A stretch of 64,000 nt of DNA, taken from positions 54,684,001 to 54,748,000 of the forward strand of contig OZ024749.1 in the NCBI GenBank assembly GCA_964016885.1. Reading direction: 5' to 3'. How positions within the stretch are numbered: position 1 is the first letter of the stretch; each line of letters starts with the position of its first letter. The stretch is from Eledone cirrhosa (Eukaryota). Both the position numbers and the translations under genes were made by a program. The notes under the pieces are model-generated. The model was not told where the DNA came from and made no database searches. It saw only the letters and a list, made by a program, of their open reading frames with translations. Shown here piece by piece: positions 1 to 15,605 of the stretch.

Positions 1-9
1 CTCTCTATC

Positions 10-853
<844 letters not shown>

Positions 854-1182
854 CACATTAGCAATATATAAAGCAGGAAACAATACATCATATATCTCTA
901 TTATCTTGTTAATTACTTTAACATCACGTGTCCATCTTCTTCTTGTCCCGCTAGTGATTTACTCTTTGGTTAATTTCTAAAAATCAATATGGATCATTTA
1001 AATTTGTAATCGTACATTATCAGAAGAGATAGTTTGCGGCATTATTGCGCTAAAAATACCTACAAATTCCATCGAAACAGATCTCACAATTGTCATCTAT
1101 AATTGTGGCCCCAATAGCAACACTTGATGTTTGCCTTTATATTCATATGTGGAAAGCCGTTACAATGAATGAACATGTGTTA

Positions 1183-1228
<46 letters not shown>

Positions 1229-1592
1229 GTATATCTTTTCAATCTGAATAATTGATGCTCTGAAAACCAAGGTCCATTGAGCTTAATTATTGACAAAGAT
1301 GATCATCATACATATTACATATGTATTGATACCTTAACATGGTATATATATATACTCGATAACGAGGGGGCAGCCATCATATATATATGAAGTTAAATGG
1401 AAACAACAAAGCAAACACCACAGTACAATGACGAAATATATGCATATATATATATATATTATCACTGCCACATTTGTACTTAGAAAATTAAATTTACACT
1501 CGACAAGCAAGTATTGAGTACTCAATCTGTTAATATTTTAACATTTTAAATACTATGCCATTTTAAATACACATTGTGTTCTTACATATATG

Positions 1593-1695
<103 letters not shown>

Positions 1696-1819
1696 AGGAG
1701 GTGAGTTTTATTGCAGCACAATAAAGCAATGCAAATATCGGATAAGTAGCACTCTACAGTTTGTAGGACTGGAGTATAAATAAAATAAGATCAGAACTCT
1801 TTTAACCATCTTTTGATCT

Positions 1820-1872
<53 letters not shown>

Positions 1873-2243
1873 GAGAGAGAGAGAGAGAAGGACGTTTTCT
1901 GTGTGTGATTCTGTGTATGTATGCACAAGTCTAAGTTTCTTAAGTGCTTCAGTAGATGGCCAGGTCGAGGAGTTCGAGAAGAATTCCGTATCTTCGATAT
2001 GCTCTAAATGCACACACCTGGTCCCTTGGTTGTATAGATCAACATAGATCAAATGTCACAGAGTTAAAAATGTCACTGCTTCCGAAAACGCGCTTCAGAA
2101 ATACTGATCAGGGAAAAAGTCAAGCGAAAATATCGTTTCTGCGCTTGACTGAGGCTGAAATATTCCTAACCGGTTCTTCTCATTAGAACCTCACTCTTCA
2201 CATGCCCAAGCCTTACATTTTGTACTGATACTCTTTTTTCAAC

Positions 2244-2320
<77 letters not shown>

Positions 2321-2544
2321 ACTGTGTGTGTGTGCGTGAGTATGTATATGTGTGTATGTATATAAATATATATATATGTGTAAACGTATATATATATATG
2401 CATATATGTATATGTGTACATGTATATAAATATATGTATATGTATATATGCATATAAATGTATATGTATATATGCATATAAATATATATATGTATATGTG
2501 TATATGCATATAGATAAATATGTATATATGCATATAAATATATT

Positions 2545-2620
<76 letters not shown>

Positions 2621-3355
2621 CACACACACACGCACACTTATATACACACATATTTATATGCACACAAACACATATATGTGTCTAAACACATTTAAGCCCT
2701 TCGTGTGCATTTACACGTATGATAATTATTTTTTCCTCATAATCTACAAATTCCTAAACTGATTTATCAATTGTGAATATTTGTTGTTGTTGTTATTTAC
2801 TTAGTTGTTTATTTATCTTCGTTTTTTTTTTTCCCCGAAGGATCAACTATATTTACTGATTCATATATTTGATATGAATTTTATTTTTCCTGTCTTGATC
2901 CTCCTTGAAAACATTACTCGTCCTTCCTTGCAAAGAAAGATTTCGCTTGAGCTAAACATTCTTTATGTATTCAGATATGACGAGATTCTGTGAAATCAGA
3001 GAATTATAATATAATTCCACTTAGGCCTGACATTTTAGCGATGAAAAATGGAAAAATTTTTCATGCATTTTTTGAAAACTTTATGTATGAAAATGGCACC
3101 ACCTGCAATATTTATGTGCATCATGAGAAATTTAGCATGATAACTAATGTATTGTAATTTTTTGTTTATCTGCACCTTTTTAAATATATTGGTTTTTCTC
3201 GACTAGAATCATTTTAGATAAATTAGTTAGTGAAGAATAGATAGCGTTCATGACATTTGCATAACTTTCCAGTCTCACACTGGACGTAGAAGGACGTAAC
3301 GAAATGCATCATATTGGATAGTGATGATTATTGAAGAGATATAAAAAATGCTGAA

Positions 3356-3428
<73 letters not shown>

Positions 3429-3537
3429 CGTTTTTATTGTATGTAAACTTCCCCCTTTGTATTTGTCTCCTTTTGTGCCCCTGTGGCTAATAAAGAAACA
3501 TATCTATCTGTTCATCTATCCAACTATCTATCAATGA

Positions 3538-3596
<59 letters not shown>
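3356..3596. repeat. two (TATC)n tetranucleotide tracts
   Basis: Perfect TATC runs at ~3356-3428 and ~3538-3596. Confidence 0.95.
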
Positions 3597-3756
3597 GTGG
3601 TGGGGGCACGGGGCTTACTGGTAAGAGTATTGGACTTACGACCATAATGTCTTGGGTTAGAGTCCTGGACTGGTCTGTACCGGGTTGTATGTTCTGTTCT
3701 TGAGCAAAACATTTCATTTCACATTACTCCAATATACTTAGCTGAAAATGAGTACC
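3597..3756 (+). mobile_element. degenerate tRNA-derived CORE-like SINE (family S2)
   Basis: Degenerate A/B boxes (ggcttactgg, gttagagtcc), then tcttgagcaaaacatttcatttcac...ttagctgaaaatgagtacc; aligns to 34699-34890. Confidence 0.65.
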
Positions 3757-4487
3757 AACAAAAGAAGAAGATTGTGTAGGCAATGGTTTTATAGAAAATA
3801 TGGAGATGCAGACTAAATGTTTTTCAATCATTTCGTTCACTATTCACTTGTCTCTGAAGCCTTGCAACTTTTATTGATGCTGTCTTCTTATTTTGATGAA
3901 CCATAAAGCAAAACAAAATAAAACAATACATCCATTTACGATATAAGTTTAAATCTCTCGAGTATGGACTTTCCGTTTCATTCTTTCGAGGTCACTGCAA
4001 TAAGTACGAATACTTTGCTGAAGATAGTTAAATCGATTAATCTCTTTCGTAATAAAATCAAACACAGACAGGAAATTGTATTGTTTTAATATATATCAAC
4101 AACATAACAGAACACATTAAAATGTCATACTTACATTGTTAAAAATCGATAGTTTCGAAATATATATTGATATTGCATCGATATCTGTGACTTTCAGTTT
4201 AAATGTCAATAAGCAGCAACGATAGATGACTTAGACATGAAGGTGAATGTAGTTTGTTTGGACGTTATAAGAGACCAAGACAATTAGTTATATATCTGTC
4301 ATAGTACTGTCAATACCTTAACATCGTGCTTTTTGACTTTTTCTTTTTTTTTAATTCGCGTTGTCTGGAGTAAGAGCTTCGTCCAAGATCATCACAGACA
4401 CTTCGGCACCAGTTCTACACACACACACACACAGACACAGGCACTCTGACATACACAGACATACACACACAGACACAGGCACTCTGA

Positions 4488-4518
<31 letters not shown>

Positions 4519-4673
4519 ACATACGTCCTGAAGATGGAAAAAATATTTTATACAGCACCGCCCGTGGGACAGCATCTTTTTCCGTTTTCATCTTTTATAT
4601 ACCCAACTTATAAGAAACTATTTTTCATAGTCAAACAACGTTGATGATTCATTCAAATTCATATATGTATATA

Positions 4674-4730
4674 TCATCATCATCATCATCATCATCATCC
4701 TTTAACGTCCATCTTCCACGCTAGCATGGG
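4674..4730 (-). mobile_element. 3' end of a LINE/SINE with (TGA)n tail
   Basis: Minus strand reads cccatgctagcgtggaagatggacgttaaag followed by (gat)n; resembles a recalled abundant octopus retroposon terminus. Confidence 0.5.
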
Positions 4731-4744
4731 GTATATATAATATC

Positions 4745-4951
<207 letters not shown>

Positions 4952-5392
4952 CAAATGTGTGTGTGTGCATGTGTTTGTGTGTATGTGTTTTTACGCGTAT
5001 TCCTGTACAGACGTTTACGTATAGACGTGTGTGTATAGACGTGTGTGTACAGCCGTCGTCTCGGATCAGGAATTTTGTATATAAAATACTAGATTGAATA
5101 TATGATTCTGGTGAGTATTTCCGTGTTTGATTTCTTCTGTTTCCTTCCATTCATTAATGATTCAGCGTTATTCGGTGCTTGGATATAGATTTTAGACATA
5201 TTGATTATATTCACGTCTGAGGGTCAAGAATATCTATCACGTGGTTATAGATTGATTAGTGCTGGCAATGTTCTTTCATTGTACATAGCTTTCTTTGAGT
5301 TTCTTTTGATTTTAGTTCCTTATTATGAAGAATGTGGTGATTCGTAGAAACAACTTAATGGAAACTTTCCTTTTCATTATCCAATACGCCCC

Positions 5393-5545
5393 TTTATGTT
5401 CTCAGTTCAAATACCGCCGAGGTTCGTTTTACCTTTCATCTTCACAGGTTTGATAAAATAGAGTACCAGTAATGCACTGGGGTAGATTTAATCGACTTTC
5501 CACTACCACAAAATTATTGGACTTGTCTAAATCAGAAACCATAAC
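5393..5545 (+). mobile_element. tRNA-derived SINE (family S1), diverged
   Basis: B-box-like gttcaaatacc, body acctttcatc...gataaaatagagtaccagtaatgcactgggg, tail aatcagaaacc. Confidence 0.85.
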
Positions 5546-5560
5546 CTATATGTTGTAGGT

Positions 5561-5680
5561 TTGCTTCTAATTTGGGCATAAATCCAGCAAACGTAGAAGG
5601 AAGGACAATATTTGACTGGAACATTTTATTGGAGCCGGAAATATTAAAGACAAAATTGACCTCGGCGGAATTTCAGAATC
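5561..5680 (-). mobile_element. SINE S1, degenerate
   Basis: ttctaatttgggcata...aaaattgacctcggcggaattt is the reverse complement of the S1 body. Confidence 0.65.
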
Positions 5681-5768
5681 GCGTTCTTAATGTCTACATT
5701 AAAATTGAAAATGATTTGAAGCAATATCTTTGGTTTGTCATTTGGTTTAAATTATTATTCTCTGTATA

Positions 5769-5959
5769 GGGCGGTTAATTGGCAGTATCGGGAGAGGGTT
5801 GGACGCCATGCTTTCTAGCATAGTTACGTCCCTTTACAGTCTGAGTTCAAATCCCGCCGAGTTTAACTTTGCCTTTCATCCTTACGGGATCGATAAAATA
5901 AAGTACCAGTAATGTACTGGGTAATTGCTGGCCTTGTGCCAAAAGTAGAAACAATTATT
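5769..5959 (+). mobile_element. full-length SINE S1
   Basis: A box tggcagtatcgg, B box gttcaaatcc, conserved gcctttcatcc...gataaaataaagtaccagt, tail gtagaaacaattatt; highly similar to 25871-26058 and 63573-63762. Confidence 0.92.
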
Positions 5960-6019
5960 CTCTGTATGATTTCCATAAGCGCATTTGGTAACGAACGTAT
6001 GTTGTACCTACTCTTACTC

Positions 6020-6058
<39 letters not shown>

Positions 6059-6064
6059 AATATC

Positions 6065-6099
<35 letters not shown>

Positions 6100-6557
6100 C
6101 ATAGTGTTTCTAGTCGTGATTTAAACTAAGACGAAGTAGGTTCCTGTAGGTTTCTGTGTGGGTGGTTGTGATACATTGGGGTGTATAGTAGGGGTTACAG
6201 TAGTGAGTGTGCTATTGGAAGAGGGTGGGATGTGAAAGGTTATATACATTATGGTTCCCTATCAGGAATTAAATGTCATCTGTAAAGAAGATTATTTCTT
6301 TATTGATATATCACAGCAATATTTTGTTAATCGCATACACGACCCCCGTTTAACTGACACGGCGACGACAACAACAATAACAGCAACGACAATTACAACA
6401 GCAGCAACGACAATAACAATAACGGCAATAACAACAGCTATAGACCCTCACCCCCACCCAGCACCACTATCGCCAACAACAGCAGCATCAACCATAGTAC
6501 CAAGAGCATCTCCAGCACCAACAACAACAAAAAGTATACCTACAGCCGTACACACCC

Positions 6558-6626
<69 letters not shown>

Positions 6627-7312
6627 AGATCCAGTGAATATTAATACATTCAATTTACCGCACAAGAAGAAGCCAATCATATCTTACACACTTGAGATAC
6701 AGAAATGAATTATTTGAGCAGATTTTTTTTTCTTTTTAAAGTAATCCCAAGCGCTAATAATAATGTCGTAATATTTTAGTAGATAAGAAAGAAAGGAAAG
6801 CTGTTGCTCTGGCAGGACGGAAGAATTCAGGGATTTTTCATTACTTTTCATTACTTTTCATTAGTTTTTCCTGCAGGGTGTCGATAAATTCAAACGTCAA
6901 AAGCAACGAGGCAATGTATTTTTATCGTGTAAGCATAACGATGAAACAAGCTAGCCATATTTAATGAAAGTATAAGATCTGGCTCAGAGATAGCGTTGGA
7001 CCATAACCAGTAATATATCAATATCTAGCGTTTAGATATAATCGTGGATATTATGAATCACATGTATTGAACAGTATAAGTATTCAACAGAAATCACTCG
7101 GAAACAAAATATTTTATCAATAGTGGCGAGTGGGAAAATTGACTCAAAATCCATCGAAGCTTTGAAAATGAGCAAATGTCACACTGACATATTCGTCTCT
7201 CAAAAAAAATTTGAGGCCATACGTTTGATCATTTTTATTGTTTTTCATCCAGGGAAGATAACATCTACATAGCTACTGTGTAACGTATTCTTACATCAAC
7301 TATATATACACA

Positions 7313-7372
<60 letters not shown>

Positions 7373-7595
7373 AACATACATACATAAATACATACATAGA
7401 AACACATACATGCGTACATAAATTCTTGGATACATACATACACACGACAACACACACATATATATATATACATGCATACACACACACACATGTATATGTA
7501 CATATATATATATATATATATATATACATTTATATAAATATATAGATATAGATAAATGTACACGCACACACACATATATATATACATATATATGT

Positions 7596-7628
<33 letters not shown>

Positions 7629-8011
7629 CTTTCATACATACGTACCTATATACATATGTACATATATATACTTTCATACATACATACATATATACATATA
7701 CATATGCACATATATGTATACTTTCATACATACGTATTCATATATGTACACACAATCATATATACACATATGCACAGAATCACACCAACAACGAGTGCAA
7801 AAACAAAAACTACAACATCAAACGCAACAACAACAAAGGATAAGGAATTATGTGTACACAATCATACATTCTTATATTCATGAACGAACAATTATGCAAA
7901 CGAATACTAAGAATATATCTTTCAAAGCCCACGAAGATAGAAATGTGTAAAGTTACGAAGTTGTACTTATATGTACATATATAGGGATTTCTAGAAATAA
8001 AATATTGTTCC

Positions 8012-8044
<33 letters not shown>

Positions 8045-8160
8045 TTCTCTCTCTCGTCTCTTTCTCTCTCTCTCTCCCTCTCTAGAGAGAGAGTGAGGGG
8101 GGAAAGAAGGAAGAGAGAGATGAATAAATATGAACACACATACACACACACACATATATA

Positions 8161-8210
<50 letters not shown>

Positions 8211-8415
8211 TATATATATATGTATGCATATATATAGAGAGATAGATATGTATTTATATATAAATATATATGTATATATATAAATATATATATGTGTGTG
8301 TGTGTGTGTGTGTATGTGTGTATAGAATCCCGAACGCGAATCCCGACCGCGGAATTGTATGTAATCTATGTTGCGTAATCGGACATAAACACCACCATAC
8401 TTCCAGTAAAAGAGG

Positions 8416-8536
8416 CACTCTGTACTCTGTACCCTGTACCCTGTACTCTGCACTCTATACTCTGTATCCTGTACTCTACACTCTGTACTCTGCACTCTGA
8501 ATTATGTACTCTGTACTCTGTACTCTGTACTCTGTA
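8416..8536. repeat. 7-bp tandem repeat (CTCTGTA)n
   Basis: About 17 slightly degenerate units. Confidence 0.92.
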
Positions 8537-8629
8537 TAAGTATAGAATTTATCTTACAAAAAAAATAAAAGGCTTAAGAATTCCCCTATGATCAGCAATG
8601 TCAAACTGACTACACATACACATTCACCC

Positions 8630-8710
<81 letters not shown>

Positions 8711-8919
8711 CCAGGGAGTGTAACTTGGAGTTACTGTAGGTTCACCCAGGTGAGCACTCGTTGTTTAGGTTCACTTCAGTGTCGAGGTGTAGAGCTAGAC
8801 GTTTATTGGTTGGTGACGCGCGTTTCGCCACACCTCAGCTCAAGTTCGATCTGTATCGATCTAGCCCGACCCTGTAATCCGCGGCTTGTCAGGCCCCTTA
8901 CAATGGTAATGGAAAAATG
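8711..8919 (-). mobile_element. hammerhead-carrying Penelope-like pLTR/retrozyme element (family H1)
   Basis: Minus strand: ggcCTGACAA-gccgc...gtggc-GAAA-C-GCGC-GTC-acc, then AATAAA; flanked by (TA)n; reverse-complement match to 17829-17939. Confidence 0.75.
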
Positions 8920-8982
<63 letters not shown>

Positions 8983-9564
8983 CGCTTTCATATAATATGC
9001 ATGTGTCTACGTCTGTCTATGTGTGTGTGTGTGTATTTATATTCCATAAATGACTTACTATAAAATCGCACCACTATGAATTACTACCATCTACGTGGAG
9101 TGTTAAGTGCAGTTTACGCACGAATTAATTATTTCCTATGACAAAAGTAATTCCCACCAGGAACAACTCTTTTTACAACGTGTATTGCGAGAAAGTTAAC
9201 CAAGAATCTTTCAAAATCTTCCCCACGAAGTTAACAAAGAACTTACTAGATCTACCAACTTATAATATAATATTATAAAATTAAATCAAATTGTTTAGAA
9301 CTACAAGTGAAGTCATTTTTTTCCTTTTTTTTTTCAAATATACCTAACTGTACCAAAGATCTGACATATTTCCCAATATATATATATATATAGTGAATTC
9401 CAGCCTCGGTTCTGTGTAGGTAAAAGTTCCCATCTTCATCAGTCGAATACGAACGTTTCGGCGGTGAATTATTTCTCTTCTGCAGCTCATCACGGAGTGG
9501 CGCGTATATTCAGCAGATGATAAATGTGAATTTACGCTTATATATATATATATACATATATATA

Positions 9565-9700
9565 TGTAAAAGGTAAACAGAAATAACAACACAATCGGTA
9601 CAGTATATGGAATGGATGTATTAGGTTAACGCTTGATATAGCAGGAAGAGGGTCTTAGCGTTTCGGACGCTAGTCCTTCATCAGAAGAAAGAATGAGAAA
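9565..9700 (-). mobile_element. hammerhead-carrying Penelope-like element (family H2)
   Basis: Minus strand CTGATGA-a-ggac-tagc-gtcc-GAAAcgct at 9684..9657; the 3' part recurs at 18041-18114 and 34048-34137 and ends in (TA)n. Confidence 0.75.
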
Positions 9701-9783
9701 TAAGATAGATAGAAGGGACGGGTGAGATGGAATTGGAAAAAATGTCTTTAGATAAAAATAACAGGTCTCATTTATGATGACAT

Positions 9784-9823
<40 letters not shown>

Positions 9824-10189
9824 TGTGTCTGTGTGTGTGTGTGTGTGTTTTGTGTATATGATTGTGTGTGGCTGTCTCTGCGACAGTGTGTACGTATTCA
9901 TTTGGGTGTATGTATTTTTTTCTTGACCCAAATAATCAGATCTTTCACACCTAGTACTAGATTGATAAGGCAGAAAATATGTTGGTGTAATCGATAATTC
10001 TTCCTGTGTGTGTATCATTGTAACTGTGAATATATATTAGACTATTTCATGGGTGTTGTGGGATTTATCTGTATATGGTATATCAAAGAAATCTACTAGA
10101 CTGTATTCATATAGAGCTCTTGTTTGAATGTATGTAAGCGTGTATATATATAGCCCGCTCTCCCTCTACTACTTGCATATATATATATT

Positions 10190-10472
<283 letters not shown>

Positions 10473-10534
10473 ATAATGTATATGTGTTTGTGTGTGCGTA
10501 AAAGTACACTCATGGCCAGATATATGCAATCATA

Positions 10535-10593
<59 letters not shown>

Positions 10594-10639
10594 GGAGAGA
10601 GAGAGATTCTATTTAGTCTAGATGTTGCTTTGGTCGATG

Positions 10640-10712
10640 TTAAGCCCCAGGTCAACCATGATCGAACGGACCAATGATCAAAGACATTCCATACAGGAAC
10701 GTCTCGTTTTTT
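10640..10712 (+). repeat. fragment of an old dispersed repeat (family R)
   Basis: gatcgaacggaccaatgatcaaagacattcc resembles ggtcaaacagacctaggatcaaagtcattcg at 33063. Confidence 0.5.
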
Positions 10713-10737
10713 TCACACATACATACACATGTACATG

Positions 10738-10780
<43 letters not shown>

Positions 10781-11256
10781 ATATATATATACATTCATGC
10801 ATTGATACTCACAAGCACAAATACACTTATACATACTTACATACATAAACATACATGCATTCATTCATCCATCCATACATACATATCTAGATACACACAG
10901 ACACACACACACATATATATATATGTAGATACACACATATATAGATACATGCATTTATACATATATACACACATACAAGCATACATACATGCATACATGC
11001 AAACATACACACATACATATATATGTACATGTAAACATACATATATATATATATATTATGTACATGCATACATACATACACACATATACATACATACATA
11101 CATACAACCGTAGACGTTTCCCTCTTTTGTTTAGTCTATCTGTTTGTCTTCTCTCTAGCGTCTGTCTGTGTCACTATGAACCAATGCCTGTGTTTGTGTG
11201 TGCGTCTCTGCTGTATTGTACATATGTGTGTGTGTGTGTATATATATATGTATGTA

Positions 11257-11287
<31 letters not shown>

Positions 11288-11312
11288 ATATGTATATATA
11301 TATATACATATG

Positions 11313-11368
<56 letters not shown>

Positions 11369-11426
11369 TATATATATGTTTATATATATATATATATGTA
11401 TATATGTATATATATATGTATATATG

Positions 11427-11461
<35 letters not shown>

Positions 11462-11516
11462 GTATATATGTATATATATATATATGTATATATGTATATA
11501 TATATATGTATATATG

Positions 11517-11665
<149 letters not shown>

Positions 11666-11723
11666 ATATATATGTATATATGTATATATATATGTATATA
11701 TGTATATATATATATGTATATAC

Positions 11724-11788
<65 letters not shown>

Positions 11789-12004
11789 CATATATATGTA
11801 TAAATACATATATATGTATATATATGTGTGTGTGTATGTACGTGTGTGTATATGTATACGTAGGTGTCTACAATGCAAGATATGAATGTGTCTCCTATTG
11901 TATGTCATGTTTAGTTATGTTTTTACTACCTTTTGTGTAAATAGGTGTATTGATCTGTGTGTGTACCTCTGTGCCGTGGGCGTATATGTGTGCCGGTATG
12001 TGTA

Positions 12005-12070
<66 letters not shown>

Positions 12071-12071
12071 A

Positions 12072-12102
<31 letters not shown>

Positions 12103-12216
12103 GATAGATATATATGTATATATATATAATATATATATAAATATACATACATATATATACACACACATATATATATATATATACACATACATATATATAC
12201 ACACATATATATAAAT

Positions 12217-12340
<124 letters not shown>

Positions 12341-12368
12341 ATATATGTATGTATATTTATATATATAT

Positions 12369-12442
<74 letters not shown>

Positions 12443-12857
12443 TGTGTGTGTATGTATATGTATTTATATATATATGTGTGTGTGTATGTTTGTGAAAGTT
12501 TTTATTTTGTCGCATGCCATGCTGTACTGCTAGGAACATATGCTTCTCTATGTATGTACTATGTCGAGAAACAGAACTGTATTACTTCAAAGACCTCAAT
12601 TTCCCAAATTGGAAACGTGTTTTCATGCTGTAAAACCGCCACACATATACCTACTGACATTACACATCAATTACGGTCGATACACAGCCATGGACGCTAG
12701 TCTACAACAACATTAGAGACATCGAGTAGAAAAGAAAGCAACTATAACAATAACAACAAGAAGAAACGAGAACGATATATATTCAACAACATGGGGGTTC
12801 AAGAGAAACATACCACTTCTACTACGATCACAACGATTAACAAATGTCATTGTCCCG

Positions 12858-13460
12858 CCACCACACAGTACTGCTACTACCACCACGACACACTATTACT
12901 ACCACCACCACCACCACCAGCACACAGTACTACCACCACCACCACCACCACCTTCACACAGTACTACTACCACCACCACCACCTGCACACAGTACTACTA
13001 CCACCAACACCACCTGCACACAGTACTACTACCACCACCACCTTCACACAGTACTACTACCACCACCACCACCACCTTCACACAGTACTACTACTACCAC
13101 TACTACCACCACCACCACTACCACCACCACCACCACCACCACCACCACCACCACCACCACGACCATCATTTACTTCGGTGGCACCATTACTGTTAACAAC
13201 AACAATATCAGCAACAACAACATCAACACCACTACTATCAACATCAACAACAACAGCAACACCACTACTATCAACAACAACATCAACAACACTATCAACA
13301 CCATTACTATCAACTTCAACAACAACACCACTACTATCAATACCAACAACAATATCAACACCATTACTATCAACATCAACAACAACATCAACAACAACAA
13401 TATCAACAACAACAATATCAACACCAACAACAACAATATCAACACCACTAGCAGCAACAA
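12858..13460. repeat. compound (ACC/ACT/AAC)n repeat with recurring cacagtactact spacer
   Basis: About 7 units of cacagtact+(act/acc)n at 12862-13100, then aac/atc-rich repeats. Confidence 0.9.
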
Positions 13461-13911
13461 TCCCCGCTACTCCATCACCTCCATCAAATACAACACCATT
13501 TCCAAAAGAGCAACAAAACCTCCTGCAAACCCAACATTCCGTACTTTATGTTGTATAGTTTAGCATTTATTTAAATGAGATTTTATATGTTTTTATTGTT
13601 ATTTTTAGTGGTTTTGTGGGGTTTAATATTTTTGACAGACCAACTTCAACCGACATATCACGAGGTGCCTGTTTGTCATATAAAATTAAGAAAATCTGCC
13701 GTTACTTCGTAACGATGTAAGCCGAGGTATACCTGTTTAGATATCAAATTTCCATGACTAAATTAAAGGAAAATATTAGATATTAAAGTACAAAAGTAGG
13801 AAAATATCAAAGTAAATATCACGATATCAGAATCACTATCAAAGTGTAGAAGTCATTATCAGGATCAAAATGTGGATTAACGTATTGAAACTTCAATCAG
13901 ATTCAATATTG

Positions 13912-14121
13912 ATTTCTAATTTAGGCACAAAGTCAACAATTTTGGAGAGGGTAAAGTCGATTAAATTGGCCCCAGTGCGTTACTGGTACTTTATTTTATC
14001 GACCCTGTATGGATGAAAGGCAAAGCTAACCTCGAGCGATTTGAAATCAGAAGGCAAAGGCCTGTGACTCTATGTCACAAAGCATGTTGACCGACGCTCC
14101 ACCTATACTGCCAATCCACCA
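13912..14121 (-). mobile_element. full-length SINE S1 (long-tail variant)
   Basis: actggtactttattttatcgaccc...ggatgaaaggcaaag...atactgccaatccacc is the S1 reverse complement. Confidence 0.88.
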
Positions 14122-15556
14122 GTGACCATTATATTATATATAAATTGTAAATAACTAAAACCAATTCTGAGATTATTAAAATATTAAGAATATGAGAGTA
14201 TCAAATTTAGGTGCAAATCAGTATCAAAATACAGATATTAGTACGAAGTCGTGTATATATAAACATCAGTAACAAAGAGCCATATTTTGTACCAAAATGA
14301 CCAACTATCCAATTTAGGTTCGCTATTTAAATTGATTACTGATATTCTATATTGTTGTAATGGTTAAGAACTGCACCCAAAATATCGATGTCTGTAATTA
14401 AGTATCAAATATGAAAGTTAGTATCAAATATGATAGTCTATGTCAATAAAATCAGGATTAAACTACCTACGTATCAACGCCTGTCAACGTTATGAAGACA
14501 TATCAAGTTATTAATGTACCAGACTATGAAATCAATATGGTATATGAAAATAAAGATTCCACTAATAAATTCAGTATGAATTATATTAAAACTTTGTATC
14601 AATATATCGAAATTGGTTCCATATTATTAAAGTCAATACGAGAAATATGTGTTAGCTATAGCCAGTTTCAACATATACTATCAAAGCCTAGTTTGGAAGT
14701 CAATAAGCAGGAAACAAAGCACTAAAGTCAATATGAAACTCTGTTTCAAAGTACAGAATTCAATATTAAATATTGTATCAGGATCAGTAAGAACGTCTCA
14801 ATGTATGCATGTCAGCATTAATGTATCCAACAAACGTTCAAATCGTCCAATTCAGTAGCAGCTATGAACATTTCAATCAATTAGTAAGGATGTTATACAG
14901 AGAAATATTAAAAGGTCAGTATAAATAAATATGTATACGTCTATATAGGAACACCAAAACCAGTTTTTAATCAGTGTTAAATGAACGGTATCAAAATAAC
15001 TATCAAATTTAGTATCATAGTAATATTTTATTAAAATGTAAGACAGTATAAATGTTAGTTTCAAGTACTGAAACTTTGAATTTAGCAAGAAAATCTCAAA
15101 TAAGAAAGGACAGTGTAAAATACCAAAGTTAGATTCTAAGTATGAAATAAGAAAAGTCAACATCGAAGTATCAAAAATCAATAATAACCAGGAAAGTTAG
15201 TATCAAATTCTGTAAGAATATTGATGACAGTAAGAAATACAATCCTCAATATCTACGTTTGCCAATATAAGTTATCAAAGAAATAGAGTTTAAAAGAACA
15301 GTGTCACACTTGAAATTCTGTATGATACTACAATATATAAACCAATATCTGTGTATCAAATTATAAACCTCTCTATGATAGTTTGGACATATCAAAGTAT
15401 CAAATGATGAGAGTTAGAGCCAACTTTTACCAGGTTCAAAGTAGGGAACCAATAACAATATTCAGGAATTTGTAGTAAAATATTGAACTATAACTTATCG
15501 GATTATTTGTAAAATATCAGCACATTCTCAAATCCGGCAATAATCCCGGTTTAAAC

Positions 15557-15571
15557 ATCATCATCATCTTT

Positions 15572-15605
<34 letters not shown>

